Shown here: piece by piece, positions 36,398 through 45,114 of the stretch
Layout of the letters: each line of letters starts with the position of its first letter
Numbering within the stretch: the first letter of the stretch is position 1
Source: a virus
Taxonomy: Duplodnaviria; Caudoviricetes
Strand: one strand, 5' to 3'
Length of the DNA stretch: 64,000 nucleotides
Virus record (IMG/VR): IMGVR_UViG_2740892280_000002
Coordinates: 1-64,000 of that record
The notes under the pieces: model-generated
Seen by the model: the letters and a program-made list of their open reading frames with translations, nothing else
Told to the model about the DNA's origin: nothing
Databases searched by the model: none
Program-made: the position numbers and the translations under genes

Positions 36398-37096
36398 ATG
36401 ACAACGAAGAGCGCAAAGGTAGGAAGCTGGAGCTTTGAGCGGACTTCTATCGCGGAAGAGTTTGACGCCCACGTCCGCCGGCATCTCCCTTGGTATGACC
36501 TTCTTAGCGACAAGGTCGCTGATATAGCCGCCGGGTATCTCCCGGCGAACGGCGCTCTACTTGACTGCGGCTGCTCTACCGCCGATCTCGCGATCCGGAT
36601 GCAAGACGTCTTCAAGTCCCGCGATGCGAGCTACGTCGGCGTTGATGTTTCCGAGGAAATGGTCGAGATCGCGACCGAGAGGCTCGACTCCGACGAATAC
36701 CGGATCAACTTCCAGCTTGAGGCGGTCGATGTTTTCGAAGAGCTTTCACGGAAGCCGGAGGCTTACGACGTGATCGTAGCGAACCTGTTCATCATGTTTC
36801 TTCCGCCGGAGGATCGCAGGTTCTTTATTTCGAAATCCGTTTCCGCGCTCAAGAGGGGCGGAATCCTGATTGTCGTCGACCGTATCGAGCCCGAGGGCGG
36901 TTATCTTTCGAGCGTCCTTTCCCGGTCGACAATGGCCGACAAGATGCGAGCCGGGACTCCGCTTGAAGAGATCGCGGCGAAAGAGGTTTCCCTAATCGGC
37001 GTTCAACGCCCGACCAACCCGAATATTTACTCGGGCTTCAAGCAGTTTTTCCAGTTCGGCGACTTTGTCGGCTACGTCCTCGAAAACAACTACTAA
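36398..37096 (+). CDS. CmoA-like carboxy-SAM synthase homolog (class I SAM-dependent fold)
   Basis: GSWSF...F..HVRRHLPWY, LDCGCS, GVDVSEEM, NLFIMFLPPEDR, LKRGG, EEIAAK, FFQFGDF align colinearly with CmoA as recalled. Confidence 0.8.
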   Translation: MTTKSAKVGSWSFERTSIAEEFDAHVRRHLPWYDLLSDKVADIAAGYLPANGALLDCGCSTADLAIRMQDVFKSRDASYVGVDVSEEMVEIATERLDSDEYRINFQLEAVDVFEELSRKPEAYDVIVANLFIMFLPPEDRRFFISKSVSALKRGGILIVVDRIEPEGGYLSSVLSRSTMADKMRAGTPLEEIAAKEVSLIGVQRPTNPNIYSGFKQFFQFGDFVGYVLENNY

Positions 37097-37166
37097 CCCG
37101 CACTATTATTCCCCGCGCTCGGGCGCAGCTTACCCTCGCCGCAAACGATAAACCTGAGGTTTTGAA

Positions 37167-37610
37167 GTGGTAGGAAAAGCAATAAACCCGAGCACGGGGA
37201 AGCGTGTCCGGACCGGCGGGCGCGAGAAGGGTACACCTAACAAGACGGCGAAAGAGCTCCGGGACGCAATCGCGAAAGCCGGTCTTGTCAATTTCTATTC
37301 CCAAATCATGAACGGCGAGCCGCTCAAGGTCTCAAGGCTTGATGTCCTCGCCGGTAGTCAAACGCCTGTCCCGCTTGGCTTCAAGACGAAGCAAGAAGCG
37401 AAGGAAAACGCTGTCTGGATCCTCCCGACAATCGATCAGCGGATCAAGGCGGCAGATACACTAATCAAGCGCGTCTTGCCGGAGCTAAAAGCCGTCGAGA
37501 TGGAAATCGAAGGCCAGCTCGATAATCCTTCTGCCGGTGGCCCGTCCCTTACTCTTGTCCTCGCTCAACAAGAAGCGAAAGAGGAGAGTGAAGATGACGA
37601 AGACGATTGA
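37167..37610 (+). CDS. Terminase small subunit (probable)
   Basis: RVRTGGREKGTPNK motif; upstream of TerL. Confidence 0.7.
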   Translation: MVGKAINPSTGKRVRTGGREKGTPNKTAKELRDAIAKAGLVNFYSQIMNGEPLKVSRLDVLAGSQTPVPLGFKTKQEAKENAVWILPTIDQRIKAADTLIKRVLPELKAVEMEIEGQLDNPSAGGPSLTLVLAQQEAKEESEDDEDD

Positions 37611-38034
37611 TTTCTATCAGGTTGGCTATCTAGCCGCCTCTGATGAGTACCAGGACGAAATCGACCGTCTTCAGGCCGATGTAGATCGCCTTGAGGCTGA
37701 AAACCGCTTCTGGACCACCATCGCCGGGGGGTTGCTTCGAGATCCGAAGGAAGGCGACCTCGGCGAGGCTCTTTGTCTCGTAGGCCGGACGAAGCCGGAG
37801 GCTTGGATCTCCGCGCCCGGTTCCGAGGCGCACTTTCCAGTCTGCCTGTCTTTTTCCAATTCGTCGGTGCCTGGGGAGGTCGCGCACTACTTCCATAAAG
37901 ATCGCGTCGTCTCGAAAGAAGCAGCTCTCCGCTGGGTTGTCGGCGAGATCGTTCTCCGGATCGCGGAATTTACTCCGCTCGCGCTCCTCGGGCTCGTTTG
38001 CCTTCTTTGGGGCATTGTCTCGTTCGCCTCGTAG
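37594..38034 (+). CDS. Hypothetical protein with C-terminal TM helix
   Basis: Overlaps the TerS stop; RBS GAGGAGAG. Confidence 0.55.
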   Translation: MTKTIDFYQVGYLAASDEYQDEIDRLQADVDRLEAENRFWTTIAGGLLRDPKEGDLGEALCLVGRTKPEAWISAPGSEAHFPVCLSFSNSSVPGEVAHYFHKDRVVSKEAALRWVVGEIVLRIAEFTPLALLGLVCLLWGIVSFAS

Positions 38035-38046
38035 CCAAAAACGAAA

Positions 38047-39486
38047 ATGCAGCTACAGCTATTCCCGAAACAAACGCTAGCCTTTACATCGCTAGCTACC
38101 GAGATCCTTTACGGCGGCGCAGCAGGCGGCGGCAAGTCCCACCTGATGCGCGTCGCGGCGGTCGCTTGGTGTATCGATGTGCCGGGTATTCAGGTCTATA
38201 TCTTCCGGCGTCAATACGGCGACCTTTTCGCCAACCATATGGAAGGCCCGAGCGGGTTCCTTTCCCTCCTCTCCGAGTGGGTCGAGGCCGGTTACGTCAA
38301 GATCAACTTGTCGGATAACAAGATCCGTTTCTGGAACGGGTCGGTAATTCACCTCTGCCACTGCCAGCACGAAAAAGACCGGTTCAAATATCAGGGCGCG
38401 GAAATCCACGTCCTGATGATCGATGAGCTGACGCACTTTACCGACAAGATCTATCGCTTTCTCCGTAACCGCGTCCGCTTGTCCGGTCTTGATATCCCGG
38501 CAAAGTACAAGGGCCTGTTTCCGCGTATCCTCTGCGGCTCTAACCCCGGCGGCGTCGGTCATACGTGGGTCAAGTCGACCTTTATCGACCCGAAGCCGGA
38601 GCTTGAGATTTACCGCGCGTCGGACGACGAAGGCGGGATGCTTCGCCAGTACATCCCGGCGAAGATGTCCGATAACCCGAAGCTTGCCGAGGATGACCCG
38701 GATTACGAGAAGCGTCTAAAGGGTCTCGGTGATGAAGCGCTTGTCCGGGCAATGAAGGACGGCGACTGGAATATCGCTCTCGGCGCGTTCTTCGCAGACG
38801 TTTGGAAGCCTGGGCGGATTATCCTCCCGCACTTCAAGATCCCGAATACATGGCGTGTCGACCGGTCTTTTGACTGGGGTTCCGCGAAACCGTCCGCAAC
38901 GATCTGGTGGGCCGAAACAGACGGGACCGAGGTCGAGATCCCCGGTCGAGGTCCGTTCGCCTTCCCGCGCGGGTCACTTATCGCGATCTCGGAGGACTAT
39001 ACGTGGAACGGAAAGCCGGACGAAGGTCTGCGCCTTCATTCGACCGAGCTCGCGCGTCGTATCAAGGAGATCGAAGGCAAGCTCGGGCTATCGCAGATGA
39101 TCCACCCAGGCCCGGCGGACAACGCGATTTATGATGTTCAAGACGGCAAGTCGATTGCATCCGAAATGGAGAAAATCGGCGTCCGCTGGATCCGGTCCGA
39201 CAAGTCTCCCGGCTCCCGTGTCAACGGGTGGGATCACATGCGCAAGATGCTCAAGAACGCGGCTCCGACCGATGAAGAGGGTAACGCTCTCCCGGTCGAG
39301 GAGCCAGGGCTCTGGGTCATGGACAATTGCCGGCATATTATCCGAACACTTCCCGCGCTCCCGCGTGACGAGAACAAGCCGGACGATATCGATACGAAGG
39401 CCGAAGACCATATCGCCGATGCCGCCCGTTATCGCGTTGCCGCGCCTAAGAGGTCGGTTACAAGCTCCAAGCTTGGCGGAACCTAG
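38047..39486 (+). CDS. terL: Terminase large subunit
   Basis: YGGAAGGGKS, IDELTHF, GSNPGG, SFDWG, DHIADAARY. Confidence 0.95.
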   Translation: MQLQLFPKQTLAFTSLATEILYGGAAGGGKSHLMRVAAVAWCIDVPGIQVYIFRRQYGDLFANHMEGPSGFLSLLSEWVEAGYVKINLSDNKIRFWNGSVIHLCHCQHEKDRFKYQGAEIHVLMIDELTHFTDKIYRFLRNRVRLSGLDIPAKYKGLFPRILCGSNPGGVGHTWVKSTFIDPKPELEIYRASDDEGGMLRQYIPAKMSDNPKLAEDDPDYEKRLKGLGDEALVRAMKDGDWNIALGAFFADVWKPGRIILPHFKIPNTWRVDRSFDWGSAKPSATIWWAETDGTEVEIPGRGPFAFPRGSLIAISEDYTWNGKPDEGLRLHSTELARRIKEIEGKLGLSQMIHPGPADNAIYDVQDGKSIASEMEKIGVRWIRSDKSPGSRVNGWDHMRKMLKNAAPTDEEGNALPVEEPGLWVMDNCRHIIRTLPALPRDENKPDDIDTKAEDHIADAARYRVAAPKRSVTSSKLGGT

Positions 39487-39722
39487 AAGTTGACCTTAAC
39501 AGCCTCTAGCACACGTTTCTTTGCCTCCTCGACGCCAATCCCGGCGAAGAGGGCGGCAGGCAGGTCCCGGTTGTTATAAAGCGAGTACCAGGAGTCCGGG
39601 TTTCCGATATACCGCCCGAGGATTATATGACCGCGAGCGAGCTGATAGGTCCAATATTCAACGCCTGCGGCCGCATCGCGGGAATAGGTCCACGGGTCAA
39701 TCGGCGTAAAGTCCGTTTTCAT
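39483..39722 (-). CDS. Hypothetical protein
   Basis: Last gene of the antisense block. Confidence 0.5.
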   Translation of the reverse strand: MKTDFTPIDPWTYSRDAAAGVEYWTYQLARGHIILGRYIGNPDSWYSLYNNRDLPAALFAGIGVEEAKKRVLEAVKVNF

Positions 39723-39999
39723 CAATATCTCCGACGTAATAGGCGACAGCCTCAAGAACGACCTTGCCGCGTTTGTGAATTATGCTGATCGGGTAATCCT
39801 TGCGCCTTCCGCGCCCTTTGATCTCTCGACCTGGGGCGGGTAGGGCTCGGATTTCTGGGAGGCTCGTATCGTATCCCCGGACAAGGTAGTGACGCTCTTC
39901 CTCGCCTTCGAAAACAACGCGGTAACGCGCCGGGCGCTGGCCCTTACTTGGCTCAAAAGTTACCGTCGCGGTTTTGAACTTGTCCCAGGCGAAGTTCAT
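39697..39999 (-). CDS. Hypothetical protein
   Basis: Coupled ORF. Confidence 0.55.
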   Translation of the reverse strand: MNFAWDKFKTATVTFEPSKGQRPARYRVVFEGEEERHYLVRGYDTSLPEIRALPAPGREIKGRGRRKDYPISIIHKRGKVVLEAVAYYVGDIDENGLYAD

Positions 40000-40136
40000 G
40001 TAAAGATCCGGGAAACAAGGCCGTAGCCGATAACGACCGAGGCGATTGTAAAAAGACCTCCGAACATACCGAGGGTGGTCCAGACGATTGCTTCGATGGC
40101 CGTAAAGCTTTCCGTGTTTTCCGTATCCTTAGACAT
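39996..40136 (-). CDS. Small membrane protein (46 aa)
   Basis: Single hydrophobic helix; coupled on both sides. Confidence 0.5.
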   Translation of the reverse strand: MSKDTENTESFTAIEAIVWTTLGMFGGLFTIASVVIGYGLVSRIFT

Positions 40137-40542
40137 GTGCAAACGAGCTCCGGAGACCGCCGAAGAGATCCGGCTCGTTATTCGCGGGCTCGCCGTATTG
40201 GAGGATCATCATTCCGTGGTCGAGCGCGACCTGGATCATGTCTTTCGTTCCGGAATTACCGGGGAAGGCGACAAGCGTCGAGTCCGGGTAGCCGAAGGCC
40301 ATTTCGCGGTTTCGGATCGGTCCCGCGCCTTTGCCGAAGCGGTCCCAGTCCGCCTTGACGGTTACGACCTGAACGCCGTTAGCGATTGCCCAATCCTTCG
40401 CAAAGGTATCGACCCCGCGCGCGCCACCGTTTACGAGCCGGGTAATCGGTCCGCTTCGGCTTGCGTGTAATTTCGAGAGGGTTTCGGAGACGAAAGGACC
40501 GTCGTCGTAGTCACGGCCTCCGGTTACAATAACATTCAGCAC
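40129..40542 (-). CDS. DUF2493 / YspA-like SLOG family protein
   Basis: VTGGRDY, GGARGVD, ADW...GKGAGPIRN, AFPG..GT..M. Confidence 0.85.
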   Translation of the reverse strand: MLNVIVTGGRDYDDGPFVSETLSKLHASRSGPITRLVNGGARGVDTFAKDWAIANGVQVVTVKADWDRFGKGAGPIRNREMAFGYPDSTLVAFPGNSGTKDMIQVALDHGMMILQYGEPANNEPDLFGGLRSSFAHV

Positions 40543-40559
40543 GAAAATTCTCCTTTTGG

Positions 40560-40733
40560 CTACACGTTGGTCAAGTCATCGATTGCAATCGTTAGGCCGA
40601 TAGAATCGTAGTCGGGTGTTTTGCTGATCTCGATTGCGCCGGAGATAACCCCGGCTCCGAGGAGCGTAAGAATTGTCAGGATCAGGATCGCTTCGACGAT
40701 TTTCCCGGCGAGGTAACGCTTAAATTCGCTCAT
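40560..40733 (-). CDS. Small membrane protein
   Basis: Hydrophobic helix. Confidence 0.5.
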   Translation of the reverse strand: MSEFKRYLAGKIVEAILILTILTLLGAGVISGAIEISKTPDYDSIGLTIAIDDLTNV

Positions 40734-40738
40734 GTCTC

Positions 40739-41011
40739 TTAGGCCGCTTTCGCGGCCATCCTTTCGCAATTGTCGAAAACGGCTTCAGCTTCACCTTGCC
40801 ATTTGCTAAGCAAATCAAGCTGCGACGCCTCAAACCGCCCGTGTACTTTCGGCCCGGTCGTATAGATCCGGTCACGGTCCTCTTTGATTGCCCTGATCGT
40901 CTTTGCGGCGATCTCGCGGACAGCGAAGCAGTTCTCTTTTGATTGAACGCCAAAGCGGAGCTCGCGGTATGCGTTCTCAAGGGCGACTACTTTTCCAAAT
41001 ATGCTAGGCAT
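40739..41011 (-). CDS. Hypothetical protein
   Basis: RBS GGAGAA. Confidence 0.55.
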   Translation of the reverse strand: MPSIFGKVVALENAYRELRFGVQSKENCFAVREIAAKTIRAIKEDRDRIYTTGPKVHGRFEASQLDLLSKWQGEAEAVFDNCERMAAKAA

Positions 41012-41136
41012 CTCGTTTCTCCGTGTTGTAGCCATTTACCGAAGATTCGGGACGGTTGTCCATACCCAAAAACAGAAAAACAGCGCGGGGAGCGCTGCTT
41101 CTCTAAAATTCAGCTTTTGGCTACAGTTGCCGCAAG

Positions 41137-41337
41137 CTAATTGACGCTTGACCTTGCGAGGAGCGCCTCCGCGTCGCGGATATCTGCGCGTGCGACGCTA
41201 GCCATAAATTCGGTCGTCTCCTCCCTCAGGACACCGCGACCGGAAAGGATGTCGACAAGGTCGGCGTATCTTGTCGCCCAGGTTGAGAGTTGCCGAATGC
41301 AGGCCGCAGCGTCTTCGGGAATTGGCAAATTGCTCAT
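41137..41337 (-). CDS. Hypothetical protein
   Basis: RBS GGAGG; coupled. Confidence 0.5.
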   Translation of the reverse strand: MSNLPIPEDAAACIRQLSTWATRYADLVDILSGRGVLREETTEFMASVARADIRDAEALLARSSVN

Positions 41338-41470
41338 TAGATCCTCCTTGCGTCCGGGATCGTCGCGTTAACGGCAGCGTTAAACGCGAGGTAGTCACTG
41401 TTTGAGAGGGCGAAGGCCCGGCGGATCAAAAACTTGATCAGCCGGAGCCGGAAGGGGTCGCGTTTCACGA

Positions 41471-41743
41471 TCAAGCGGCGCGGTTCCTGATGCCCTTGGT
41501 CGGGTGATAGGAAAATTCGCGCCCGGCAATCTTGACCGGATCGGGGATGCAGGAGATCGGGCGCTTGCCGGTCGCGATATCGTCGGCGCGGCGCATCTTC
41601 TTGAGGCTTGAAGTCCGACCCGGATGGATATCCTTGCGGGCGCGGTAAGCGGAGGCTGCGCCGATCCGCTTGATGACCTTGTTTGCCTCGCTTTTGCTTT
41701 TGCTTTTGCCGGTCGGGAGGAGGTTCGTAAGCAGCTTGAGCAT
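41471..41743 (-). CDS. Small basic protein
   Basis: RBS AAGGA; Lys/Arg-rich. Confidence 0.55.
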   Translation of the reverse strand: MLKLLTNLLPTGKSKSKSEANKVIKRIGAASAYRARKDIHPGRTSSLKKMRRADDIATGKRPISCIPDPVKIAGREFSYHPTKGIRNRAA

Positions 41744-41744
41744 G

Positions 41745-42128
41745 TCAGTGTCCTTTCTTCGTTTCGTTTTTTCCGATTTTGGCTACTTTCGAGCGACTGA
41801 TAAGCGAACGTTTAAGGCGTTCCTTGGCAGTATCGCGCTGCTTGGCAGTAACCTTGCCGCTAGGCGTTACCGACAGGTCGTATCGGTGATAGCCCGAGAG
41901 GATTGCGCGGTAATAGGAGCGTTTGCTCGTATACCGCTTGAGAGCGAAGTGGGTAACTCGCCCGGAGACGTCCGGGTAAAGCTTGCGGATATCCTTGTAG
42001 ATCCCGACCTTGAGCGGGATTTTTGCCCGGCTCTTATCGAGGATAAAAACATCCGGGTGATCGTCTGCGAGGCGAGCTAGAAAAGCGTCTGCCTCAGACT
42101 TGATCTTGTAATAGGTCGCCTTGTTCAT
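41745..42128 (-). CDS. ProQ/FinO-domain RNA chaperone
   Basis: PLKVGIYKDI, ALKRYT...YY, G..RYDL...P.G.VT..Q...A. Confidence 0.85.
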   Translation of the reverse strand: MNKATYYKIKSEADAFLARLADDHPDVFILDKSRAKIPLKVGIYKDIRKLYPDVSGRVTHFALKRYTSKRSYYRAILSGYHRYDLSVTPSGKVTAKQRDTAKERLKRSLISRSKVAKIGKNETKKGH

Positions 42129-42252
42129 TGTCTCCTCGCGTTTTCGATATTGGCTACGTCTGAAGCGTTTATAGATTCCGGTTTTGTCTACGTCAAGCGA
42201 CTGGGTTAATGTGAGTGCGTTGGTAGAACATTCACGAAGAGGAGTTGAGCAA

Positions 42253-42564
42253 ATGAACGAAGTAGCGCGCGCCGCATACCTGATTGAGGCTGTCGATTAT
42301 ATCGCCGAGCTTACGGCGGCTATCGGCAGGCTGCCCCTCGACTCCGTACCCGAGGACCTGCGGAACCTTCGCGAGGAAGCTGGTGCTTTTGTTGAGGTTC
42401 TCGAAGAAAACGGCGTCAACGACCTCAACGAGGTTATGGCCGAAGATGAGCCTTGCGGCTGCTGTTCCGACGACGAAGTCGAAACCTCCCTCGAAGAGTT
42501 TCTTAGCGAGTGTGCGGGCTCGGTCGAGGGCGAGGGCGTGATCCTGGTTTTCTATCCGGAATAA
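42253..42564 (+). CDS. Acidic hypothetical protein
   Basis: RBS GAGGAG. Confidence 0.55.
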   Translation: MNEVARAAYLIEAVDYIAELTAAIGRLPLDSVPEDLRNLREEAGAFVEVLEENGVNDLNEVMAEDEPCGCCSDDEVETSLEEFLSECAGSVEGEGVILVFYPE

Positions 42565-42602
42565 GCGGATTTTTTGTCGGCTACCTGTAGCCAATAACTT
42601 AA

Positions 42603-42630
42603 GGAGCGGGCCGAGAGCTCGCTCTTTTTT
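42603..42630 (+). terminator. Intrinsic terminator (overlaps the portal upstream region)
   Basis: GAGCGGGC/GCTCGCTC hairpin plus T6. Confidence 0.6.
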
Positions 42631-42644
42631 GTTACGAGGAAGCA

Positions 42645-44258
42645 ATGCAGCATCAGACGGGTATTGAAACAGTCGCAGCGTCCTACGCTCACTCAATCGA
42701 GGACTGGGTCGCCTGCCGCGATGCAAGCAACGGTCAGCGTGAAGTCCACCGAAAAGGCGAGGTTTACCTCCCGCGCCTCGGCGGCCAGGACGCGGACGAA
42801 TACAAAGCCTATCTCCTACGCTCTACCTTCCTCGGAGCGTTCGGTCGGACCGTCGAAGCTTTCTCCGGAATGATCTTCCGGCGCGACCCGGTAATAAAGC
42901 TCCCCGGCAAAATGGAGGAGTGGCAAAAGGATGTTACCGGGGACGGTATCGATCTCGTGTCGTTCGCTTCTATGGTCGTCGATGAATCTCTAATTACCGC
43001 CCGATCCGGCATCCTGGTCGACTTCCCGTCGACCGATGGATATGGCGACTTGACTATCGCTGAAGCCGAGCGCTTGAAGCTTGTTCCGTTCCTTCGCCTC
43101 TATACCGCCGAGTCTATCGTTAACTGGCGCTTCGGCGACCTCCCGAACGGCGGGTATGGCGTTGTCAAGGTCGTGCTCCTTGAACATGTCGAGGAGGAGT
43201 CCGTCTCTAACGAATTCGAGACGGTTGAGCTCCGGCAGTACCGTGTTCTTGACTTCCATGAGGGAGAGTACCGGCAGCGTATCTACCGGCAGGATCAAAA
43301 AGGCGCAACGAAGCGCCGGACAGGGGTCGTAGACGCGAACCGGGAGGAGAAGCCGACCGGAGAGACGCCGAACGCCGACAGCCTGTATACGGGCCAGAAA
43401 ATCTCTGGCTATCATCTGTATGAGGTTTTCCCGCAGATCGGCGGGAAGCGTCTCAACTATCTACCGTTTACGTTTATCAACGTCCGGACGCTAACGGCGA
43501 ATGTCGAAAAGCCGCCTATGCTTGATCTGGTCAACCAGAACTTTCAGCACTACCGGATCTCGGCTGACTACTATCACGGCCTGCACTATGTCGGGTTGCC
43601 GACCCCGTACATTACCGGCGTCTCTGCCGACGAAGCTCCGACCCAGATCGGTCCTTCGCAGATCTGGCATCTAAGCAACCCGGAATCAAAGGTCGGTTAC
43701 CTACAGGTTGACGCTGCGGGCTTCCAATCTCTTCGTGAAGAAATGGTCGCTATCGAGGGTCGTATGGCTGCGATGGGCGCTCGCATGCTTGCGCCGGAAA
43801 AGAGCGGCGTCGAAGCTGCCGAGACGCTCAATATCAAGAGCCGGGGAGAGCACTCGACGCTCTCCAAGATTTCGGGAACCGTCTCGCGCGGTATCGAGCA
43901 GGCTTTGATTATCGCCCGCGACTGGATGAGCACCTCCGGCGAGGTTGTCTTCGAGCTCAATAAGGACTTTGTCGCAGCGACTTTGACCTCCGGGGATATT
44001 ACCGCGCTCCTCGGCGCTTGGCAGGCCGGGGCGATCTCTAAAGAGGTTCTCTTCGATAAGCTCAAGCAGGGCGAGATCATCCGCGAGGATGTTGAATTCG
44101 AAGACCATGAAGAGGCTATCGAAGAGGGCGCGGAAGATCTCGCCGGTATGTTCGGCGCTACTGAAGAAAGCCAAGACCAGGCTGGGAGCCGGTCGCCGGC
44201 AGGAGAGCAGGATGAGGAAGCTCTCGTAGATCAGGAAGATCCTGAAGGCTCGGAGTAG
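42645..44258 (+). CDS. Portal protein (DUF4055 family)
   Basis: YLPR...Y..YL.R..F, INWR, PPMLDL...N..HY..SADY, GLPTPY, W.AGAIS.E. Confidence 0.9.
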   Translation: MQHQTGIETVAASYAHSIEDWVACRDASNGQREVHRKGEVYLPRLGGQDADEYKAYLLRSTFLGAFGRTVEAFSGMIFRRDPVIKLPGKMEEWQKDVTGDGIDLVSFASMVVDESLITARSGILVDFPSTDGYGDLTIAEAERLKLVPFLRLYTAESIVNWRFGDLPNGGYGVVKVVLLEHVEEESVSNEFETVELRQYRVLDFHEGEYRQRIYRQDQKGATKRRTGVVDANREEKPTGETPNADSLYTGQKISGYHLYEVFPQIGGKRLNYLPFTFINVRTLTANVEKPPMLDLVNQNFQHYRISADYYHGLHYVGLPTPYITGVSADEAPTQIGPSQIWHLSNPESKVGYLQVDAAGFQSLREEMVAIEGRMAAMGARMLAPEKSGVEAAETLNIKSRGEHSTLSKISGTVSRGIEQALIIARDWMSTSGEVVFELNKDFVAATLTSGDITALLGAWQAGAISKEVLFDKLKQGEIIREDVEFEDHEEAIEEGAEDLAGMFGATEESQDQAGSRSPAGEQDEEALVDQEDPEGSE

Positions 44259-44856
44259 GGGAGAATTTCTCGGTCTCGTTACCGACAACGTCCCAGCCGG
44301 GCGCTGCCGATCGTGCAAACATTTCAAGCCTTGGAACGTCGCCGCATAGAGAGACGATATCGTCACGAATTCGGTCCGGTTTGCGAGAATGCTCGCGGAC
44401 CGGGTCGACGACAAGGCGGCGGACCGATTTAGAAACCCTCTTCGGCTTGCCGCGAGTTGCGAATAGGCATAGCTCGGGGTTTGCTCGCGTCCAATATCCC
44501 ATGCCGACGTGAAACGATTTATCGACGAACGCACGGCCGGAAATAAGCGCGTTCCAATCGAAGCGCTTGCGCAGCTTTACCCAATTGAAAGCGACAGTCT
44601 TAAACTCGAAACCCCACGCCTCGATTACTTCGAGCGTATGGGGGAGCATGTGATCAAGTCCCCAAATAAAAAGCGCCGCGTCTTTAGCACACCAATCAGC
44701 GACCGGGATCGCCTTGATATCGTCGAGCGTCATACAGTCGTAGTGCTGCTCGGGCGAGCGCGCTTTCCCCTTTGTCGACCAAGTCAAATGTGTCCACGCC
44801 GGGTCGGCATAAATCACCTGATAGTCGTTGCGGGGAGGGGTAGGGAATAACTCCAT
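44158..44856 (-). CDS. MT-A70 family DNA methyltransferase
   Basis: IYADPAW, HYDCM, ALFIW, WGFEFKT..FNWVK, GYWTRAN.E, HSRKP, LEMFAR, GW..VGNE. Confidence 0.9.
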   Translation of the reverse strand: MELFPTPPRNDYQVIYADPAWTHLTWSTKGKARSPEQHYDCMTLDDIKAIPVADWCAKDAALFIWGLDHMLPHTLEVIEAWGFEFKTVAFNWVKLRKRFDWNALISGRAFVDKSFHVGMGYWTRANPELCLFATRGKPKRVSKSVRRLVVDPVREHSRKPDRIRDDIVSLCGDVPRLEMFARSAAPGWDVVGNETEKFSPTPSLQDLPDLRELPHPALLPATGSQPGLGFLQ

Positions 44857-44901
44857 CTCTTGCCTTTTCTTTTCTCTCTTCCTCCTTGTATTATCGGCGC
44901 T

Positions 44902-45114
44902 ATGGCAGGCTTTCAGGTAATCTCCGGCGGTAAAGACGGAGACGAAAAAAAGGAAAAAACTCCGTCGCAATGGGTATGCCCCAATTGCAATGGATCTGCT
45001 GCAATTCCGGCAGTCTTCGCCCCTATCGTCCGAGAGGGGAAAGTCGTAGACGGCACAGATCGATTTATATGCGCCCTCTGTTTGTCAGACGGCCATATCG
45101 TTCAAGTTTCCTAG
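44902..45114 (+). CDS. Small zinc-finger protein
   Basis: CPNC...CALC. Confidence 0.5.
   Translation: MAGFQVISGGKDGDEKKEKTPSQWVCPNCNGSAAIPAVFAPIVREGKVVDGTDRFICALCLSDGHIVQVS

Noticed and set aside
38047-38064. MQLQLF at the TerL N-terminus as a clamp-binding motif
   Set aside because: Fits the usual hydrophobic L.L.PKQ start of terminase ATPase domains.
44879-44892. 14-nt match TTCCTCCTTGTATT between element 1 (18563) and the MT-A70 leader, as an sRNA target
   Set aside because: Low-complexity SD-like sequence, absent from copy 2, and needs plus-strand transcription; could be chance. Worth an IntaRNA test only once the strand is known.
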